Made by a program: the position numbers and the translations under genes
Shown: piece after piece, positions 34,528 to 34,657 of the stretch
Layout: every line of letters begins with the position of its first letter
Numbering within the stretch: the stretch's first letter is position 1
NCBI GenBank assembly: GCA_963709345.1
Contig: CAVPVX010000009.1
Coordinates: 1 to 34,657, forward strand
Length of the DNA stretch: 34,657 nucleotides
Direction: 5' to 3'
Source of the DNA: an uncultured Actinomycetes bacterium
Lineage (GTDB): Bacteria; Actinomycetota; Thermoleophilia; UBA2241
The notes under the pieces: model-generated
What the model was told of the DNA's origin: nothing
Databases searched by the model: none
The model's input: only the letters and a program-made list of their open reading frames with translations

Positions 34528-34657
34528 GGCATCTTCTCCCGCGTAGAGTCGTGGGTCACCGCTGCGCGCGGCGCCGGGGGCGTCTCTCCCTGTCATCGGC
34601 GCGGCCGAGCCGCGGCTTGAGGAAGGACCCGGGACGCGGCGTTGCCGGGGTGAGCAA

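Overview
High-GC bacterial window, probably an anaerobic actinobacterium such as Thermoleophilia (inferred from UPF0182, PimA/PimB-like glycosyltransferases and corrinoid enzymes). Almost all genes are on the + strand. (1) 288-16203 is a ~16 kb catabolic locus: three non-pyrrolysine MttB-superfamily corrinoid methyltransferases (the third looks catalytically degenerate), lysine 2,3-aminomutase (kamA), a RamA/RACE-type corrinoid activator, six tandem EamA/DMT transporters, a HemL-like class III aminotransferase resembling Kat, and 3-keto-5-aminohexanoate cleavage enzyme (kce). This is the best candidate for an undescribed system: anaerobic demethylation and fermentation of N-epsilon-methylated lysine (e.g. 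trimethyllysine). (2) 16442-26960 holds a 3xGAF-GGDEF-degenerate HD-GYP protein, a UPF0182 membrane protein, a decayed PilW/PilX-like remnant, and an intact three-gene type IV minor-pilin cassette with a FN3-bearing pilin behind a sigma-28/WhiG-type promoter. (3) 27147-29838 holds tRNA-Val(TAC), higBA, a broken integrase, a META protein and a sensor-less histidine kinase. (4) 29986-34272 holds a glycolipid cluster (PimB-like GT4, flippase-like protein, divergent PlsY, PimA-like GT4) and tRNA-Asp(GTC). All calls come from motif recognition by eye; no searches were run.
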